This document shows positions 52,446 to 56,474 of a DNA stretch of 56,474 bases, in pieces. The stretch comes from Solirubrobacteraceae bacterium (GTDB lineage Bacteria; Actinomycetota; Thermoleophilia; Solirubrobacterales; Solirubrobacteraceae). How positions within the stretch are numbered: position 1 is the first letter of the stretch; each line of letters starts with the position of its first letter. The notes under the pieces are model-generated. The model did not search any database. It saw nothing but the letters and a program-made list of their open reading frames with translations, and was not told the origin of the DNA. A program made the position numbers and the translations under genes. The stretch covers positions 1 through 56,474 of the forward strand of contig JANRFB010000090.1 in the NCBI GenBank assembly GCA_030725785.1, written 5' to 3'.

Positions 52446-53321
52446 TTAAGCCTGCGCGCTAGGGGTTGGAATGCCGAGCAGTCCGCGGGCCTCGGCAACC
52501 GTCGCCGGGCGACGGCCGGCCGCCTCGGTCATCTGCCGCGCGACGGCTACCAGCTCGCCGTTCGAAGCGGCCATCTCGCCGCTCGGCAGGTAGAGGTTGT
52601 CTTCAAGGCCAACGCGAATCGAGCCACCAAGGTCGAGCGCCGCCTCAACGAGCATCCACTGGTCGCGCGAGACGCCAACCACGCCCCAGTGGCTCTCCTC
52701 GGGCATGTTGTCGACCATCGCCGCCATGTTGCCCTTGCTGGCTGGAATCCCGCCGAGTACGCCCATTACGCAGTCAATGTGCAGCGGCTTCTTCAAGAGA
52801 CCCATGTCAACGAGCGGGTGGAGGCTGCCGATGTGGCCGATGTCGAAGCACTCGTGCTCGGGTTTGATGCCGTTGGCGTTGAGCGCCGTCAGCAGCTCGA
52901 TGATCTCATCGAAAGAGTTCTCAAAGACGGTCTTGAAGACAAACTCCTTGCGCGACTTTGAGTACTTCGCGTAGTTCATCGAACCCATGTTGAGCGCTGC
53001 CACCTCAGGCTTCAGCGCCTCGAGGTAGGCGACGCGCTTCTCAAGTGGAACGCCGACCGTGCCGGTCGAGTAGTTGATGATCACGTCGTCGACGTTGGAG
53101 CGGATCGCCTCCGTTATCGCGGCAAAATCTTCGATCTCGTAGGAAGGAACGCCTTCCGGGTTACGGGCGTGGATGTGAATCATCACGCCGCCTTCGTCAA
53201 CAATCCGCTTCGCCTCGGCGCCGTACTCCTCCGGCGTGTAGGGAATCGCCGGGCACTGATCGCGGTTAGCGATCGCGCCGGAGATCGCGCAGGTGATTAC
53301 AACTGGATCTTCTTTTGACAT
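52446..53321 (-). CDS. Beta-keto acid cleavage enzyme (BKACE / 3-keto-5-aminohexanoate cleavage, DUF849)
   Basis: VITCAISGA...PYTPEE...MIHIHARNPEG is typical of the BKACE TIM-barrel family. Confidence 0.85.
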   Translation of the reverse strand: MSKEDPVVITCAISGAIANRDQCPAIPYTPEEYGAEAKRIVDEGGVMIHIHARNPEGVPSYEIEDFAAITEAIRSNVDDVIINYSTGTVGVPLEKRVAYLEALKPEVAALNMGSMNYAKYSKSRKEFVFKTVFENSFDEIIELLTALNANGIKPEHECFDIGHIGSLHPLVDMGLLKKPLHIDCVMGVLGGIPASKGNMAAMVDNMPEESHWGVVGVSRDQWMLVEAALDLGGSIRVGLEDNLYLPSGEMAASNGELVAVARQMTEAAGRRPATVAEARGLLGIPTPSAQA

Positions 53322-53329
53322 CTGGGCCT

Positions 53330-54832
53330 TTAGGACTGCGTTGGGAATCCGTAATCGACGCCTTGCGCCCGCTGCGGCCAGCGCTCCGTGACGACCTTGC
53401 CTCGGGTGTAAAACAGCACCCCTTCGCGGCCGTGAACATGAAGGTCGCCGAAGAGCGAGTCTTTCCAGCCACCGAACGAGAAGTAGGCCATCGGCACTGG
53501 AATCGGCACGTTCACGCCGACCATTCCGGCCTGCACACGGCTGCGGAACTCGCGCGCTGCGCCGCCGTCTGCCGTGAAGATCGCGGCGCCGTTGCCGTAT
53601 GGGTTGGCGTTGATCAGGTCGAGCCCAGCGTCGAACGACTCGGCCTTGAGCATCACCAGCAGCGGCCCGAAGACCTCGTCGCGGTAGACGCTCATCTCGG
53701 TCGTGACGGAGTCGATCACGCTCGGCCCGATGAAGAAGCCCTGCCCATCAACGCTCATCTCGCGGCCGTCGACGACGACTTCGGCGCCTTCACCGGCGGC
53801 GGCCTCAACGTAAGAGGCAACGCGCTCGCGGGCCTGCGAAGTAATTACCGGCCCCATCTCAGTGCCGTCTACGTTGCCGGGGCCAACCTTCAGCGCGCGG
53901 GCGCGCTCGGCGATCGCCGCGCTCAGCGCCGTCGCAGTCTCGTCACCAACGCTCACCGCGGCCGAGATCGCCATGCAGCGCTGCCCGGCGCTGCCGAAGG
54001 CGGCGGAAGCGATTGCGTCGGCGGCGACGTCAATGTTCGCGTCCGGCAGCACGAGCGCGTGGTTTTTGGCGCCGCCGAGCGCCTGCACGCGCTTGCCGTG
54101 TGCCGTCGCCGTCTCGTAGATGTGGCGGGCTATCGGCGTTGAGCCAACGAAAGAGATCGCATCGATCTCTGGGTGAACTAGCAGCGCGTTTACGGCGTCC
54201 TTGTCGCCTTGGACGACGCTAAAGACGCCTTCAGGGAGGCCGGCCTCGGCCAGTAGCTCTGCCAGCAGCAGCGAGGCCGACGGGTCGCGGTCGCTTGGCT
54301 TGAGGATGAACGAGTTGCCGCAAGACAGCGCGATCGGGAACATCCACATCGGCACCATCGTTGGGAAGTTAAACGGCGTGATTCCAGCAACAACGCCGAG
54401 CGGCTGGCGGTAGCTGGCTGAGTCAACGCGGGTGGAAATCTGCTCGCTGGCCTCGCCCTTCATCAGGTGGGCGATGCCACAGGCGAACTCGACAACCTCA
54501 AGGCCGCGCTGCACCTCGCCGCGGGCGTCGTCGAGCGTCTTGCCGTGCTCGGAGGTGACTATCGCTGCAAGCTCGTCGGCGCGCGCGAAGAGCAGCTCGC
54601 GGAAGGCGAACATCACGGCGTGGCGTTTAGCCAGCGACGCACCACCCCAAGCCGGGAAGGCGGCGCGAGCTGCGATTACGGCGCGGTCCACATCGGCCTC
54701 GTTGGCGAGCGCTACCTGGCGCTGGACGGCGCCGGTCGCCGGGTCGAAAACGTCACCGAAGCGGTCGGCGGTTCCCGAGTCGGGCTTACCGCCGATCCAA
54801 TGGCCTACGACTGGAAGTCCTGAAGCAGCCAT
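53330..54832 (-). CDS. mmsA: CoA-acylating methylmalonate/malonate-semialdehyde dehydrogenase
   Basis: Aldehyde dehydrogenase with FPTMVPMWMFP and the catalytic Cys context AGQRCMA, typical of MmsA. Confidence 0.9.
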   Translation of the reverse strand: MAASGLPVVGHWIGGKPDSGTADRFGDVFDPATGAVQRQVALANEADVDRAVIAARAAFPAWGGASLAKRHAVMFAFRELLFARADELAAIVTSEHGKTLDDARGEVQRGLEVVEFACGIAHLMKGEASEQISTRVDSASYRQPLGVVAGITPFNFPTMVPMWMFPIALSCGNSFILKPSDRDPSASLLLAELLAEAGLPEGVFSVVQGDKDAVNALLVHPEIDAISFVGSTPIARHIYETATAHGKRVQALGGAKNHALVLPDANIDVAADAIASAAFGSAGQRCMAISAAVSVGDETATALSAAIAERARALKVGPGNVDGTEMGPVITSQARERVASYVEAAAGEGAEVVVDGREMSVDGQGFFIGPSVIDSVTTEMSVYRDEVFGPLLVMLKAESFDAGLDLINANPYGNGAAIFTADGGAAREFRSRVQAGMVGVNVPIPVPMAYFSFGGWKDSLFGDLHVHGREGVLFYTRGKVVTERWPQRAQGVDYGFPTQS

Positions 54833-54835
54833 CAG

Positions 54836-56416
54836 CTAGACCGGTACCACGCCTTGGCGCTTCCAGGGGCGCTCAACGCGCTTCGTTGAAGCCATCTCAA
54901 AGCCGCGGCAAACGACCTCTCTCGTTTGGCGCGGATCGATCACGTCATCGATCATTCCGCTCTTGGCAGCGATGTAGACGTCAATCAAGCTCTGGTAGCC
55001 GGCGATCAGCTCCTTCTTCTTCGCCTCAGGATCATCGGCCTCCTCGACCTGGCGGCGCATCACGATCTCAACTGCGCCCTCGGCACCCATCACGCTGATC
55101 TCGGCGCTCGGCCAAGCGACGATCACGTCGGGCTCAAAGGCGCTGCCGTTCATCACGAAGTAGCCGGCGCCGTAAGCCTTGCGGATGATCACCGTGATCT
55201 TCGGCACCGTCGCGTTGGAGACGGCGTAAAGCATCTTTGCGCCGTGGCGGATGATCCCGTCGGCCTCAACCTTGGTGCCGACCATAAAGCCAGGCACGTC
55301 CATCAGGAAGAGCAGCGGAATACCAAAGGCGTTGCAGAGATTGACGAAGCGCGCGGCCTTGTCGGCCGAATCGTTGTCGAGGATGCCTCCGAGGTGGCGC
55401 GGCTGGTTGGCGACGATTCCCACGGGGCGGCCGCCGAAGCGCGCGAAGCAGGTGATGATCGTCTTTGCAAACTGCGGCTTCATGTCAAACCACTCGCCGT
55501 CATCAACGATCTGAGCGATCACGTTGTACATATCGTGCGGCTTGCGGTTCGATTCCGGCAGCGCGTCGAGCAGCGCCTCTTCGGCGCGCTCGATCGGATC
55601 GGTGCACTCCTTCACCGGTGGCGCCTCTTCGCAATTTGTCGGCATGTAGGAGAGGTAATCCTTGATCGCCTCGATGCAGGCCTCGTCGGACTCAACCTCA
55701 AGGTCACCAACGCCTGATTTGCGGCAGTGGATCCGTGAGCCGCCAAGCTCCTCCTGAGTTACGTCCTCGCCAACGGCGGCGCGCACGAGGTGCGGCCCGG
55801 CGAGCGCCATTGAGCCGCGGCCTTTGACCATCGGCACGAAGTCGGCGAGCGCCGGAATGTAGGCCGTTCCTGCCGAGCAGGGACCCATCAAGGCTGCGAC
55901 CTGGGGAATCACTCCGCTCATCACGACCTGCTCGCGGAAGAGGTGGCCAGAAGAGGCGAAGAGCGAGCCGACTGCCTCCTGGATGCGCGCGCCGGCCGAA
56001 TCAAGCAGCCAGATGAACGGAATCCTCTTCGTTAGCGCAAGAGCGCGCAGGCGACCGACCTTGATCTCGCCGGTCATTCCCATCGAACCGGCCATCACGG
56101 TGAAGTCGTAGGCGCAGACGGCGACCATCCGCCCGTCAACCTTGCCGTAGCCACAGATAACGCCGTCGGCGGGAGCGTCCTTGTCCTCTAGGCCGCGGAC
56201 CGAGTAGTGAATCCCGCCGTGGATCCCTTGCTCAACAAAGGTTCCTTCGTCCACGAGTAGAGCGATCCGCTCGCGAGCAGTCAACTTCTCCGCTTCGTGC
56301 TGGCGGTCAATCTTCTCTTGGCCTCCGCCAAGCATTGCTTGCTCGCGGCGGGCAGCGAGCTCTTCGACTAGCGGGCGCAGAATCCCAGCGGTCTCTTCAG
56401 CATCACTAGTCGTCAT
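54836..56416 (-). CDS. Acyl-CoA carboxylase carboxyltransferase (beta) subunit
   Basis: 526 aa with a two-domain crotonase-like CT. GKLTARERI, AYDFTVMAGSMG and GGAYFVM-like motifs are present. Confidence 0.9.
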   Translation of the reverse strand: MTTSDAEETAGILRPLVEELAARREQAMLGGGQEKIDRQHEAEKLTARERIALLVDEGTFVEQGIHGGIHYSVRGLEDKDAPADGVICGYGKVDGRMVAVCAYDFTVMAGSMGMTGEIKVGRLRALALTKRIPFIWLLDSAGARIQEAVGSLFASSGHLFREQVVMSGVIPQVAALMGPCSAGTAYIPALADFVPMVKGRGSMALAGPHLVRAAVGEDVTQEELGGSRIHCRKSGVGDLEVESDEACIEAIKDYLSYMPTNCEEAPPVKECTDPIERAEEALLDALPESNRKPHDMYNVIAQIVDDGEWFDMKPQFAKTIITCFARFGGRPVGIVANQPRHLGGILDNDSADKAARFVNLCNAFGIPLLFLMDVPGFMVGTKVEADGIIRHGAKMLYAVSNATVPKITVIIRKAYGAGYFVMNGSAFEPDVIVAWPSAEISVMGAEGAVEIVMRRQVEEADDPEAKKKELIAGYQSLIDVYIAAKSGMIDDVIDPRQTREVVCRGFEMASTKRVERPWKRQGVVPV

Positions 56417-56449
56417 CGGTCAGACCGTACTACGGCGCCGCTCGCCACT

Positions 56450-56474
56450 TCAGCGACCCTTCCACTGCGGCTCG
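56450..56474 (-). CDS. 3' end of an upstream gene (possibly enoyl-CoA hydratase-like), truncated by the window edge
   Basis: The minus strand reads ...EPQWKGR*, reminiscent of the crotonase C-terminus (EKR.P.F.G). Only 8 codons are visible. Confidence 0.2.

Noticed and set aside
53315-54142. Long antisense or alternative-frame ORFs such as 53315..54142, 54926..55717, 22931..23794, 2395..3033, 2895..3638, 11484..12071 and 21087..21680.
   Set aside because: They are Arg/Ala/Pro-rich translations with no motifs, each fully embedded in a well-supported gene on the other strand or frame. Long spurious ORFs of this kind are expected in high-GC DNA.
1-56474. Search by eye for CRISPR arrays, tRNA/rRNA genes, IS elements, long direct or tandem repeats and compositionally odd (AT-rich) islands.
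   Set aside because: None was found. Composition and codon style look uniform across the window. A computational repeat, tRNAscan or Infernal pass is still needed to exclude small elements.

Overview
This is a high-GC, very gene-dense chromosomal segment. It has about 55 protein genes, almost no non-coding DNA, and many 1-4 nt start/stop overlaps.

I saw no rRNA, tRNA, CRISPR array, transposase, integrase or prophage block. The gene content points to an actinobacterium-type organism. This is inference from an mIHF-like protein, HemQ/ChdC, Mce plus MMPL transporters, Holin-X/DUF3618-type small membrane proteins and a PimA-like GT4.

Main blocks, left to right:
1. CaCA antiporter.
2. A plus-strand run: secreted C5-epimerase-like protein, EVE/PUA-like protein, 4-TM protein, CoxD-type MoxR ATPase, CoxE-type VWA protein.
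3. Baeyer-Villiger monooxygenase and a cold-shock protein with a long leader.
4. A divergent large-GNAT / alpha-oxoamine-synthase pair.
5. An mIHF-like gene.
6. A 16.7-kb co-directional minus-strand array: yrbEA-yrbEB-ATPase, six mce genes, MMPL, a CXXC-less thioredoxin-fold protein, a B3/4 protein, two unknowns and a VOC protein.
7. A nitrogen module: amtB-glnK divergent from a type III glutamine synthetase.
8. metH.
9. An envelope block: a 675-aa membrane protein and a GT4 fused to a flippase-like domain.
10. hemQ, alkA-like, erpA-type, bolA-grxD, MFS and DegV genes.
11. Four overlapping small membrane-protein genes.
12. TetR plus nitrilase-family genes.
13. A BKACE / CoA-transferase / mmsA / carboxyltransferase catabolic block that runs off the right edge.

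I found no clear-cut new system such as a defence island. The best candidates for undescribed biology are:
- the Mce-MMPL-thioredoxin-like supra-operon
- the GT4-flippase fusion with its membrane partner
- the EVE/membrane/MoxR/VWA run
- the GNAT/AONS pair
- the small-membrane-protein operon, which includes a 44-aa ORF below the ORF-track cutoff
- the BKACE block
- a glutaredoxin-like ORF with no in-frame stop

All family calls are from reading motifs by eye. No searches were run, and the start codons I adjusted are my own judgement.
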